Below are positions 7,643-14,704 of a stretch of 19,748 nucleotides of DNA, piece by piece; position 1 is the first letter of the stretch; each line of letters opens with the position of its first letter. The notes below the pieces were generated by a model, which was given only the letters and a program-made list of their open reading frames with translations, was not told where the DNA came from and made no database searches. The translations under genes and the position numbers were made by a program. The DNA is from a virus (taxonomy: Duplodnaviria > Heunggongvirae > Uroviricota > Caudoviricetes). The stretch is from IMG/VR virus record IMGVR_UViG_647533161_000006. One strand, written 5' to 3'.

Positions 7643-7771
7643 CCGAGCCCTCGCTGTTTCTTTCGATTTGCTGTGTTAAGCTAATATTTTAATATCCATG
7701 TTTCTGTTTGCTTGCAGTGTGTTTCTCACCACCATCCAAACGTACTGGTTACTAGCTATGTGATGATGAAG

Positions 7772-8479
7772 TCATGAACTTTTCAGCCATTCCCTGGCCT
7801 CGATGTCATCTAGGTGGCGAGATTGCTTCAGAATACCAGCTACATACTCCACCTTTGCTACTTGATGATAAGGCAACGTTATTGGCCTGTGGTCTTGGTT
7901 GATGCTTGTAAATTGGTATTCTCCGTCTCTGTCATAGCCAAGAACCTTGATCATGTTGTGCCCTTCAATGGTTCTGACAAACACCTCATCACCTGGGAAT
8001 ACTTTGGTGTTAGGCTCAATGAGTACATATTCTCCTGATTTTATTCTGGGCCACATGCTGTCTCCTTTTACACGAAGACCAAAGGCATCTGGATCATCGC
8101 TATAAATCTTGAGCCACCCATCGCGCTCTTCGGTCATCTCGATGGCACCATCAACACCAAGAATTGCCTCACCAACCACGCGCACTAACCCTTTTTTTAA
8201 TTTGCCAACAATTGAAAAAGTATCTTCATCATTCGCTCCATTTAACGAAGTGCCGTGCTGAAGCCAAACAACATCAACGTTTAGAAATTTCGCAAGCGCA
8301 TTCATTTTTTCCTGGCGTGGTAAAGACTCAGCATTAAACCATTTGCTAACGCCTTTGGACGAAAGAGAAAGGGCACGGGCTATGGCCATTCCCCTACCAT
8401 GTTCATCAAGACCAGCTTCTTTACAGGCTTGCGCTAGCCGCTGGGCGAATTCTTTGCGCACTTTTTCATTCTGAACCAT
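7772..8479 (-). CDS. cI: CI-like prophage repressor (N-terminal HTH, C-terminal S24 LexA-like autopeptidase), 235 aa
   Basis: C-terminal domain contains GDSMWP (Ser nucleophile motif of S24 peptidases) and a downstream Lys; N-terminal region is HTH-like. Divergent from cro across a short operator region. Not lambda CI or P22 C2 by sequence. Confidence 0.85.
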   Translation of the reverse strand: MVQNEKVRKEFAQRLAQACKEAGLDEHGRGMAIARALSLSSKGVSKWFNAESLPRQEKMNALAKFLNVDVVWLQHGTSLNGANDEDTFSIVGKLKKGLVRVVGEAILGVDGAIEMTEERDGWLKIYSDDPDAFGLRVKGDSMWPRIKSGEYVLIEPNTKVFPGDEVFVRTIEGHNMIKVLGYDRDGEYQFTSINQDHRPITLPYHQVAKVEYVAGILKQSRHLDDIEAREWLKSS

Positions 8480-8557
8480 GAGTACGATACTAAAGCACTT
8501 GCAAAAACTTTCAGTTCAACCATAATGCGTACTGAAAGTACGAAAAAGGACATTCCT
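8480..8557. promoter_or_regulatory. oR / pR / pRM divergent control region
   Basis: 78-bp cI-cro intergenic with a plus-strand -35 TTGCAA (8499-8504), 16-bp spacer, -10 CATAAT (8521-8526). Dyads CGTACTGAAAGTACG (8528-8542) and AACTTTCAGTT (8506-8516) overlap the promoter as candidate operators. pRM not resolved. Confidence 0.5.
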
Positions 8558-8785
8558 ATGCAAAATCTTGATGAGCCGATTAAAGGTGTCGGCATCCCTG
8601 AAGTTGCGAAGGCTTGTGGAGTTAGCGAAAGGGCTGTCTATAAGTGGCTCAAAAACGGCTTCCTCCCTAAGACTGAGTTTTTTGGGAAAACGAAATACGC
8701 ATCAAAAATCGAAGAGATTTCTGGTGGCAAATATCAAGCAAGCGAAATGCTTGAAATAAGCAAAAAGAACCTTCTGGCAGCATAA
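8558..8785 (+). CDS. cro: Cro-like HTH regulator, 75 aa from ATG 8558
   Basis: First rightward gene, opposite cI; AAAAAGGA SD precedes ATG 8558; HTH-like segment GIPEVAKACGVSERAVYKWLKNG. The ORF-track start at 8525 lies inside the operator region and is less likely. Confidence 0.7.
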   Translation: MQNLDEPIKGVGIPEVAKACGVSERAVYKWLKNGFLPKTEFFGKTKYASKIEEISGGKYQASEMLEISKKNLLAA

Positions 8786-8792
8786 GTAACAC

Positions 8793-8827
8793 CGCTCTTT
8801 ATCAATCTGCACCGCCGACAACGCGGT
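8793..8827 (+). promoter_or_regulatory. nutR: nutR (boxA CGCTCTTTA plus boxB ACCGCCGACAACGCGGT), P22 type
   Basis: boxA at 8793-8801 and boxB hairpin at 8811-8827, just downstream of the cro stop; boxB matches the P22-type nutR. Confidence 0.7.
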
Positions 8828-8891
8828 AACTAATTAAGAACTCATCGAAAGATGCGTATTAGTGATTATTTACCTATGGAAATAGTAAGAA

Positions 8892-9191
8892 ATGGAACAA
8901 ACAAATTACAGCAAACTATCACAGCGCGACGTTGATCGCGCAGAAACAGATTTACTTATCAACCTGTCAACGCTTACTCAGCGCGGTCTGGCAAAGATGA
9001 TTGGCTGTCATGAATCGAAGATAAGCAGAACAGACTGGAGGTTTATAGCTTCGGTCTTGTGTGCTTTTGGCATGGCATCAGACATCAGTCCGATTAGCAG
9101 AGCTTTTAAGTATGCGCTTGATGAAATCACCAATAAAAAACGCCCGGTGTGCAAGACCGAGCGTTCTGAACAAATCCAGATGGAGTTCTGA
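8892..9191 (+). CDS. cII: CII transcriptional activator (lysogeny establishment), 99 aa
   Basis: C-terminus …TNKKRPVCKTERSEQIQMEF matches the lambda CII C-terminus; the N-terminal half is divergent (mosaic). Confidence 0.8.
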   Translation: MEQTNYSKLSQRDVDRAETDLLINLSTLTQRGLAKMIGCHESKISRTDWRFIASVLCAFGMASDISPISRAFKYALDEITNKKRPVCKTERSEQIQMEF

Positions 9192-9213
9192 GGTCATTAC
9201 TGGATCTATCAAC
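9131..9213 (-). ncRNA. oop: oop-like antisense RNA (overlaps the cII 3' end)
   Basis: Minus strand across the cII end/O start reads …CTGGATTTGTTCAGAACGCTCGGTCTTGCACACCGGGCGTTTTTTATTG, closely resembling lambda oop RNA and its hairpin plus U-tract terminator, though the stem is altered. Coordinates inferred from the lambda arrangement. Confidence 0.45.
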
Positions 9214-9223
9214 AGGAGTCATT

Positions 9224-10123
9224 ATGACAAATACAGCAAAAATACTCAACTTCGGCAGAGGTAACTTTGCCGGACAGGAGCGTAATGTGGCAGATCTCGA
9301 TGATGGTTACGCCAGACTATCAAATATGCTGCTTGAGGCTTATTCGGGCGCAGATCTGACCAAGCGACAGTTTAAAGTGCTGCTTGCCATTCTGCGTAAA
9401 ACCTATGGGTGGAATAAACCAATGGACAGAATCACCGATTCTCAACTTAGCGAGATTACAAAGTTACCTGTCAAACGGTGCAATGAAGCCAAGTTAGAAC
9501 TCGTCAGAATGAATATTATCAAGCAGCAAGGCGGCATGTTTGGACCAAACAAAAACATCTCAGAATGGTGCATCCCTCAAAACGAGGGAAAATCCCCTAA
9601 AACGAGGGATAAAACATCCCTCAAATTGGGGGATTGCTATCCCTCAAAACAGGGGGACACAAAAGACACTATTACAAAAGAAAAAAGAAAAGATTATTCG
9701 TCCGAGAATTCTGGCGAATCCTCTGACCAGCCAGAAAACGATCTTTCTGTGGTTAAACCGGATGCTGCAATTCAGAGCGGCAGTAAGTGGGGAACAGCAG
9801 AAGACCTGACCGCCGCAGAGTGGATGTTTGACATGGTGAAGACCATCGCGCCATCAGCCAGAAAACCGAATTTTGCTGGGTGGGCTAACGATATCCGCCT
9901 GATGCGTGAACGTGACGGACGTAACCACCGCGATATGTGTGTGCTTTTCCGCTGGGCCTGCCAGGACAACTTCTGGTCCGGTAACGTGCTGAGTCCGGCC
10001 AAACTCCGCGACAAGTGGACCCAGCTCGAAATCAACCGTAACAAGCAACAGGCTGGCGTGACAGCCGGAAAACCAAAACTCGACCTGACAAACACTGACT
10101 GGATTTACGGGGTGGATCTATGA
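9224..10123 (+). CDS. O: Replication initiator O, 299 aa
   Basis: Translation is essentially lambda O throughout (MTNTAKILNFGRGNFAGQERNVADLDDGYARLSNMLLEAY…TNTDWIYGVDL). Confidence 0.95.
   Translation: MTNTAKILNFGRGNFAGQERNVADLDDGYARLSNMLLEAYSGADLTKRQFKVLLAILRKTYGWNKPMDRITDSQLSEITKLPVKRCNEAKLELVRMNIIKQQGGMFGPNKNISEWCIPQNEGKSPKTRDKTSLKLGDCYPSKQGDTKDTITKEKRKDYSSENSGESSDQPENDLSVVKPDAAIQSGSKWGTAEDLTAAEWMFDMVKTIAPSARKPNFAGWANDIRLMRERDGRNHRDMCVLFRWACQDNFWSGNVLSPAKLRDKWTQLEINRNKQQAGVTAGKPKLDLTNTDWIYGVDL
9562..9690 (+). repeat. ori-lambda: four iterons plus adjacent AT-rich segment inside O
   Basis: Repeated units ATCCCTCAAAACGAGGGA / AATCCCCTAAAACGAGGGA / ACATCCCTCAAATTGGGGGA / TTGCTATCCCTCAAAACAGGGGGA, followed by the A-rich stretch AAAAGACACTATTACAAAAGAAAAAAGAAAAG. 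Confidence 0.85.
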
Positions 10124-10821
10124 AAAACATCGCCGCACAGATGGTTAACTTTGACCGTGAGCAGATGCGTCGGATCGCCAACAACATGCCGGAACAGTAC
10201 GACGAAAAGCCACAGGTACAGCAGGTAGCGCAGATCATCAACGGTGTGTTCAGCCAGTTACTGGCAACTTTCCCGGCGAGCCTGGCTAACCGTGACCAGA
10301 ACGAACTGAACGAAATCCGCCGCCAGTGGGTTCTGGCTTTCCGGGAAAACGGGATCACCACAATGGAACAGGTTAACGCAGGAATGCGCGTAGCCCGTCG
10401 GCAGAATCGACCATTTCTGCCATCACCCGGGCAGTTTGTTGCATGGTGCCGGGAAGAAGCATCCGTTATCGCCGGACTGCCAAACGTCAGCGAGCTGGTT
10501 GATATGGTTTACGAGTATTGCCGGAAGCGAGGCCTGTATCCGGATGCGGAGTCTTATCCGTGGAAATCAAATGCGCACTACTGGCTGGTTACCAACCTGT
10601 ATCAGAACATGCGGGCCAATGCGCTTACTGATGCGGAATTACGCCGTAAGGCCGCAGATGAGCTTGTCCATATGACTGCGAGAATTAACCGTGGTGAGGC
10701 GATCCCTGAACCAGTAAAACAACTTCCTGTCATGGGCGGTAGACCTCTAAATCGTGCACAGGCTCTGGCGAAGATCGCAGAAATCAAAGCTAAGTTCGGA
10801 CTGAAAGGAGCAAGTGTATGA
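10120..10821 (+). CDS. P: Replication protein P (DnaB helicase loader), 233 aa
   Basis: Translation is near-identical to lambda P; start overlaps the O stop (ATGA). Confidence 0.95.
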   Translation: MKNIAAQMVNFDREQMRRIANNMPEQYDEKPQVQQVAQIINGVFSQLLATFPASLANRDQNELNEIRRQWVLAFRENGITTMEQVNAGMRVARRQNRPFLPSPGQFVAWCREEASVIAGLPNVSELVDMVYEYCRKRGLYPDAESYPWKSNAHYWLVTNLYQNMRANALTDAELRRKAADELVHMTARINRGEAIPEPVKQLPVMGGRPLNRAQALAKIAEIKAKFGLKGASV

Positions 10822-11108
10822 CGGGCAAAGAGGCAATTATTCATTACCTGGGGACGCATAATAGCTTCTGTGCGCCGGACGTTGCCGCGCTAACAGGCGC
10901 AACAGTAACCAGCATAAATCAGGCCGCGGCTAAAATGGCACGGGCAGGTCTTCTGGTTATCGAAGGTAAGGTCTGGCGAACGGTGTATTACCGGTTTGCT
11001 ACCAGGGAAGAACGGGAAGGAAAGATGAGCACGAACCTGATTTTCAAGGAGTGTCGCCAGAGTGCCGCGATGAAACGGGTATTGGCGGTATATGGAGTTA
11101 AAAGATGA
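10818..11108 (+). CDS. ren: Ren (protects against Rex exclusion), 96 aa
   Basis: Translation matches lambda Ren; start overlaps the P stop. Confidence 0.88.
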   Translation: MTGKEAIIHYLGTHNSFCAPDVAALTGATVTSINQAAAKMARAGLLVIEGKVWRTVYYRFATREEREGKMSTNLIFKECRQSAAMKRVLAVYGVKR

Positions 11109-11132
11109 CCATCTACATTACTGAGCTAATAA

Positions 11133-11165
11133 CAGGCCTGCTGGTAATCGCAGGCCTTTTTATTT
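11133..11165 (+). terminator. Intrinsic terminator (tR2-equivalent) between ren and ninB
   Basis: AGGCCTGC-TGGTAATC-GCAGGCCT hairpin followed by TTTTTATTT on the plus strand. Confidence 0.65.
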
Positions 11166-11181
11166 GGGGGAGAGGGAAGTC

Positions 11182-11622
11182 ATGAAAAAACTAACCTTTG
11201 AAATTCGATCTCCAGCACATCAGCAAAACGCTATTCACGCAGTACAGCAAATCCTTCCAGACCCAACCAAACCAATCGTAGTAACCATTCAGGAACGCAA
11301 CCGCAGCTTAGACCAAAACAGGAAGCTATGGGCCTGCTTAGGTGACGTCTCTCGTCAGGTTGAATGGCATGGTCGCTGGCTGGATGCAGAAAGCTGGAAG
11401 TGTGTGTTTACCGCAGCATTAAAGCAGCAGGATGTTGTTCCTAACCTTGCCGGGAATGGCTTTGTGGTAATAGGCCAGTCAACCAGCAGGATGCGTGTAG
11501 GCGAATTTGCGGAGCTATTAGAGCTTATACAGGCATTCGGTACAGAGCGTGGCGTTAAGTGGTCAGACGAAGCGAGACTGGCTCTGGAGTGGAAAGCGAG
11601 ATGGGGAGATCGGGCTGCATGA
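11182..11622 (+). CDS. ninB: NinB (Orf family recombination mediator), 146 aa
   Basis: From ATG 11182 (MKKLTFEIRSPAHQQNAIHAVQQILPDP…) the translation matches lambda NinB; the ORF-track start is 6 codons upstream. Confidence 0.85.
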   Translation: MKKLTFEIRSPAHQQNAIHAVQQILPDPTKPIVVTIQERNRSLDQNRKLWACLGDVSRQVEWHGRWLDAESWKCVFTAALKQQDVVPNLAGNGFVVIGQSTSRMRVGEFAELLELIQAFGTERGVKWSDEARLALEWKARWGDRAA

Positions 11623-12146
11623 CTATCAAATCAAATACGCCAGCACACGACAAGGACTGCTGGCAAACGCCGCTTTGGCTTTTTGATGCACTGGATATTG
11701 AGTTTGGATTCTGGCTGGATTCGGCAGCGAGCGACAAAAATGCTCTGTGTGCTCACTGGCTAACTGAGGCCGACGACGCGCTCAATTCTGAGTGGGTAAG
11801 CCACGGTGCAATCTGGAATAACCCACCGTACAGCAATATCAGGCCGTGGGTGGAAAAAGCCGCTGAGCAGTGCATACAACAGCGACAGACGGTAGTTATG
11901 CTTGTGCCAGAGGATATGTCAGTCGGATGGTTCAGCAAGGCTCTGGAGAGTGTCGACGAAGTTCGCATTATCACTGATGGACGGATTAATTTTATCGAAC
12001 CATCGACAGGGCTGGAGAAGAAGGGAAACAGCAAAGGCTCCATGCTGCTGATTTGGCGACCGTTCATCAGTCCTCGACGGATGTTTACTACCGTATCCAA
12101 AGCGGCATTGATGGCGATCGGGCAGGGCGTCAGGAGGGCGGCATGA
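11619..12146 (+). CDS. Phage DNA N6-adenine methyltransferase (Dam-family, orphan), about 175 aa
   Basis: ATG 11619 overlaps the ninB stop (ATGA). Translation contains the NPPY catalytic motif (…[15 protein letters not shown]…) characteristic of N6-adenine methyltransferases. Occupies the nin position where lambda has ninC/ninD. No adjacent restriction gene. Confidence 0.8.
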   Translation: MTIKSNTPAHDKDCWQTPLWLFDALDIEFGFWLDSAASDKNALCAHWLTEADDALNSEWVSHGAIWNNPPYSNIRPWVEKAAEQCIQQRQTVVMLVPEDMSVGWFSKALESVDEVRIITDGRINFIEPSTGLEKKGNSKGSMLLIWRPFISPRRMFTTVSKAALMAIGQGVRRAA

Positions 12147-12319
12147 GGCGACAGCGACGAAGTTTCACCGACATCATCTGCGAAAACTGCAAATACCTTC
12201 CAACGAAACGCTCCAGAAATAAACGCAAGCCAATCCCAAAAGAATCTGACGTAAAAACCTTCAATTACACAGCTCACCTGTGGGATATCCGGTGGCTAAG
12301 ATATCGTGCGAGGAAATGA
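12143..12319 (+). CDS. ninE: NinE, 58 aa
   Basis: Internal ATG 12143 overlapping the methyltransferase stop gives [58 protein letters not shown], recognised as NinE-like. Confidence 0.7.
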   Translation: MRRQRRSFTDIICENCKYLPTKRSRNKRKPIPKESDVKTFNYTAHLWDIRWLRYRARK

Positions 12320-12663
12320 CAATGGATTATTCACAGTTAAGTGATTTTGAAATTAACAGAATGGTAGGAGACATAATTTTTAAAGGCCTTTGGGCAAGTA
12401 AACCGGAAACATCAGGGAATAACACCAACAAATGGTATTACGGAAATGCTGATACAACTTTTGAGCCATTAAATCATTTGCCTGACTACTGCAATGATCC
12501 GAGCGCTTCATGGCCGATTATTGAGAAATACAGGATTTCTATCTTAGACCAGTTAACTGAATGGTGTGTGGATGCAAAAGGCGTAAGCCCAATATTTGAT
12601 ACCAGACCTCTCCGCGCCGCCATTATTGTCTTTCTCCTGATGCAGGAGGCCAATAATGCTTAG
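12316..12663 (+). CDS. Hypothetical nin-region protein, about 114-116 aa
   Basis: ATG at 12316 overlaps the ninE stop; an alternative ATG at 12322 has an AGGAA SD 6 nt upstream. No family recognised with confidence. Confidence 0.5.
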   Translation: MTMDYSQLSDFEINRMVGDIIFKGLWASKPETSGNNTNKWYYGNADTTFEPLNHLPDYCNDPSASWPIIEKYRISILDQLTEWCVDAKGVSPIFDTRPLRAAIIVFLLMQEANNA

Positions 12664-12850
12664 CCCATCTCAATCCCTTCAATACCTGAAAGGAAGCATA
12701 GAGCGGGCTTCAATGTGCACAGAGTGGATTCTATCTAGGTTTAGCGCATACAGAAGATTGCCGGTAAAGGGCATGCCAAGCAAGTCGATGCTGCATATGC
12801 AAAAGAATGCGCGCGGGAAGGTATGGCGAGAACGCAGGTTATCTGGCTGA
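12656..12850 (+). CDS. Small nin-region ORF, 64 aa (possible NinF-like N-terminus; may be a fusion or decayed gene)
   Basis: ATG-initiated ORF overlapping the previous gene's end; only the first ~18 residues look NinF-like to me (from memory, uncertain). Terminates 20 nt before rusA in a different frame from the remnant listed next. Confidence 0.35.
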   Translation: MLSPSQSLQYLKGSIERASMCTEWILSRFSAYRRLPVKGMPSKSMLHMQKNARGKVWRERRLSG

Positions 12851-12873
12851 AAGAGGGGGTAATTAAGGCGTGA
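12745..12873 (+). pseudogene. Start-less 42-codon reading frame running into the rusA start (possible 3' remnant of a ybcO-like gene)
   Basis: Hand translation of the frame ending at TGA 12871-12873: [42 protein letters not shown]. It has an upstream in-frame stop at 12742-12744 and no plausible start; the attribution to ybcO/DUF1364 is from memory and tentative. Confidence 0.3.
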
Positions 12874-13232
12874 ATACTTACCACATCACACTACCCTGGC
12901 CTCCGAGCAATAATCGCTATTATCGCCATAATCGCGGGCGCACGCACGTCAGCGCAGAGGGGCAGGCATACCGCGATAACGTCGCCCGAATCATTAAAAA
13001 CGCAATGCTGGATATCGGCCTGGCGATGCCTGTGAAAATCCGCATTGAGTGCCACATGCCGGATCGCCGTCGCCGTGACCTGGATAATCTGCAAAAAGCC
13101 GCTTTTGACGCACTCACCAAAGCAGGTTTCTGGCTGGATGATGCTCAGGTCGTTGATTACCGCGTTGTGAAGATGCCTGTTACCAAAGGTGGGAGGCTGG
13201 AATTGACCATCACCGAAATGGGGAATGAATGA
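12870..13232 (+). CDS. rusA: RusA Holliday-junction resolvase, 120 aa (GTG start)
   Basis: Translation [95 protein letters not shown]… matches RusA of E. coli lambdoid prophages. Confidence 0.92.
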   Translation: MNTYHITLPWPPSNNRYYRHNRGRTHVSAEGQAYRDNVARIIKNAMLDIGLAMPVKIRIECHMPDRRRRDLDNLQKAAFDALTKAGFWLDDAQVVDYRVVKMPVTKGGRLELTITEMGNE

Positions 13233-13369
13233 TGTTTGAGTTTTATATGGCAGAACGTCTTCGCCACCGCTGGGTGCGTCTGCGCTTATATCGTTTCCCC
13301 GGTTCTGTTTTGACCGATTACCGAATACTGAAGAATTACGCCAAAACACTGACAGGAGCAGGAGTATGA
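13229..13369 (+). CDS. ylcG: YlcG-like small protein, 46 aa
   Basis: Hand-translated [46 protein letters not shown]; start overlaps the rusA stop; rusA-ylcG-Q order as in DLP12-type prophages. Confidence 0.55.
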   Translation: MMFEFYMAERLRHRWVRLRLYRFPGSVLTDYRILKNYAKTLTGAGV

Positions 13370-13454
13370 AGTCAGAGATAACAATCAACTAATACTGTTT
13401 TGCTGATTTTTGCTTGTAATTGGCGTTCTGGTCTGATTTTTGTGGAGTAAGTTG

Positions 13455-13832
13455 ATGCGTGATATTCAGATGGTTCTTGAGCGTTGGGGAGCGTGGGCGG
13501 CTAATAATCATGAAGATGTGACCTGGTCGTCCATTGCCGCCGGTTTTAAGGGATTAATTCCTTCAAAAGTAAAATCTCGCCCGCAATGTTGTGACGATGA
13601 CGCGATGATCATTTGCGGGTGCATGGCCCGTCTGAAAAATAACAACAGCGATTTGCATGATTTGTTAGTGGACTATTATGTCGGCGGCATGACTTTTATG
13701 GCGCTTGCGCGTAAGCATGGTAGATCTGATTGTTGGATTGGCAGGATGCTCCAAAAAGCTGAGGGCGTAGTGGAGGGCATGCTGATGGTGTTGGATCTCA
13801 GATTGGAGATGGATGCTGATTGTTTGAGATAA
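13455..13832 (+). CDS. Q: Late-gene antiterminator Q (phage 82 / DLP12 QuuD type), 125 aa
   Basis: From ATG 13455 (GGAG SD 8 nt upstream): [76 protein letters not shown]… recognised as 82-type Q. The ORF-track entry starts at an upstream TTG. Confidence 0.82.
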   Translation: MRDIQMVLERWGAWAANNHEDVTWSSIAAGFKGLIPSKVKSRPQCCDDDAMIICGCMARLKNNNSDLHDLLVDYYVGGMTFMALARKHGRSDCWIGRMLQKAEGVVEGMLMVLDLRLEMDADCLR

Positions 13833-13930
13833 TTAAAGGAAAAGTTGCTGTCTGGTTATCATTAGACTAATGTTTCAAATGTTAGAATCGCAACGTAGTT
13901 ATGATCATATAACAGCTTGTTCCCTGATTT
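13833..13930 (+). promoter_or_regulatory. Expected PR' late promoter and qut site region (not resolved to bases)
   Basis: Immediately downstream of Q and upstream of a plus-strand terminator, as in lambdoid late-control regions; candidate -10 TAGAAT at 13883-13888 but no well-spaced -35. Confidence 0.35.
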
Positions 13931-13959
13931 AGCCAGCCTCCCCAAAGGCTGGTTTTTTT
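13931..13959 (+). terminator. Intrinsic terminator (tR'-equivalent) downstream of Q
   Basis: AGCCAGCC-TCCCCAAA-GGCTGG hairpin followed by TTTTTTT on the plus strand. Confidence 0.6.
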
Positions 13960-13987
13960 CTAATAAGTATCAATCCGGTTAGGTATT

Positions 13988-14512
13988 TTATTGTTTGACC
14001 CATAATAGTTCATTGACATTGAATCCCAATTTTTGAGCAGTACGCACATAGTCTGCTTTTACATTATCTGGAATAGTTGGAGTCCGTGCCAGAATCCATA
14101 GGTATTCTCTGTTCGGACCACTGACAAGAGCATACTTATACTCATCATCCAGTTTGATTACATTATAGCCACCATAGAAGGGGCCAAAAAACGAAACCTT
14201 CAACGCTGCAGTTGTATTATCTCCTGTAAAGTATGCTTTACCTTCGCTCTCGCTCCATTTGTTTTTCGTTGGGTCATATCCACGATTAAGTACACTAATC
14301 CCTCCGTCGTTCCGTTTCCCATAAGTGGCGCTGACCTGTTCCAGACCACGTTCAAATCGGTTCTCAAGCCGAGCTATTTCATACCATTTTCCGAGGTAGC
14401 GGTTGGTGTCAAAATTTGTAATCGGCTGCACACCTTTAGGTGGTGTCGGGGCCTTACATGCTATCAGAGTGAAAGAGAGTGCAATGCCAGTCAACACAGG
14501 CCATAACTTCAT
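13988..14512 (-). CDS. Blc-like outer-membrane lipocalin lipoprotein, 174 aa (moron)
   Basis: Signal peptide with lipobox (…FTLIAC) then lipocalin-type sequence (NFDTNRYLGKWYEIARLENRFERGLEQV…KVSFFGPFYGGYNVI…YLWILARTP) closely resembling bacterial lipocalin Blc; opposite strand to the late operon. Confidence 0.85.
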   Translation of the reverse strand: MKLWPVLTGIALSFTLIACKAPTPPKGVQPITNFDTNRYLGKWYEIARLENRFERGLEQVSATYGKRNDGGISVLNRGYDPTKNKWSESEGKAYFTGDNTTAALKVSFFGPFYGGYNVIKLDDEYKYALVSGPNREYLWILARTPTIPDNVKADYVRTAQKLGFNVNELLWVKQ

Positions 14513-14704
14513 AATATATCCTGTACTTTTGATAGTTGAGAGTAAGTATTAAAGATAGATGATTACTACCGATCACCTAAAGAACTTTCCTACTATATTA
14601 GGAATAGTCCATAACAAAAAAATTGTCAGTGATGACGGCAGAAAGGCAGTTTAGGTCGTGTACTACACTGTTAACCTGTTAATGAATTAGTCAAGGGGTA
14701 GGCA

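Noticed and set aside
7814-8038. Plus-strand 74-aa ORF inside cI
   Set aside because: Antisense to the repressor gene.
8568-8759. 63-aa ORF in an alternative frame of cro
   Set aside because: The cro frame has the SD and an HTH-like translation; the alternate frame is Lys/Ser/Leu-rich low complexity.
9061-10095. ORFs 9061..9264 (+), 9540..9809 (+), 9772..10095 (-) and 9854..10048 (-) within cII/O
   Set aside because: Alternative-frame or antisense readings of lambda O and cII, whose frames are certain.
10032-10859. ORFs 10032..10361 (-), 10436..10675 (+) and 10602..10859 (-) within P
   Set aside because: Alternative-frame or antisense readings of lambda P.
11555-12277. Minus-strand ORFs 11555..11737 and 11753..12277 (174 aa)
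   Set aside because: Antisense to the NPPY methyltransferase and ninE; long antisense ORFs are common in GC-balanced coding DNA and nothing supports this strand.
12891-13388. Minus-strand ORFs 12891..13388 (165 aa) and 12920..13120
   Set aside because: Antisense to rusA and ylcG.
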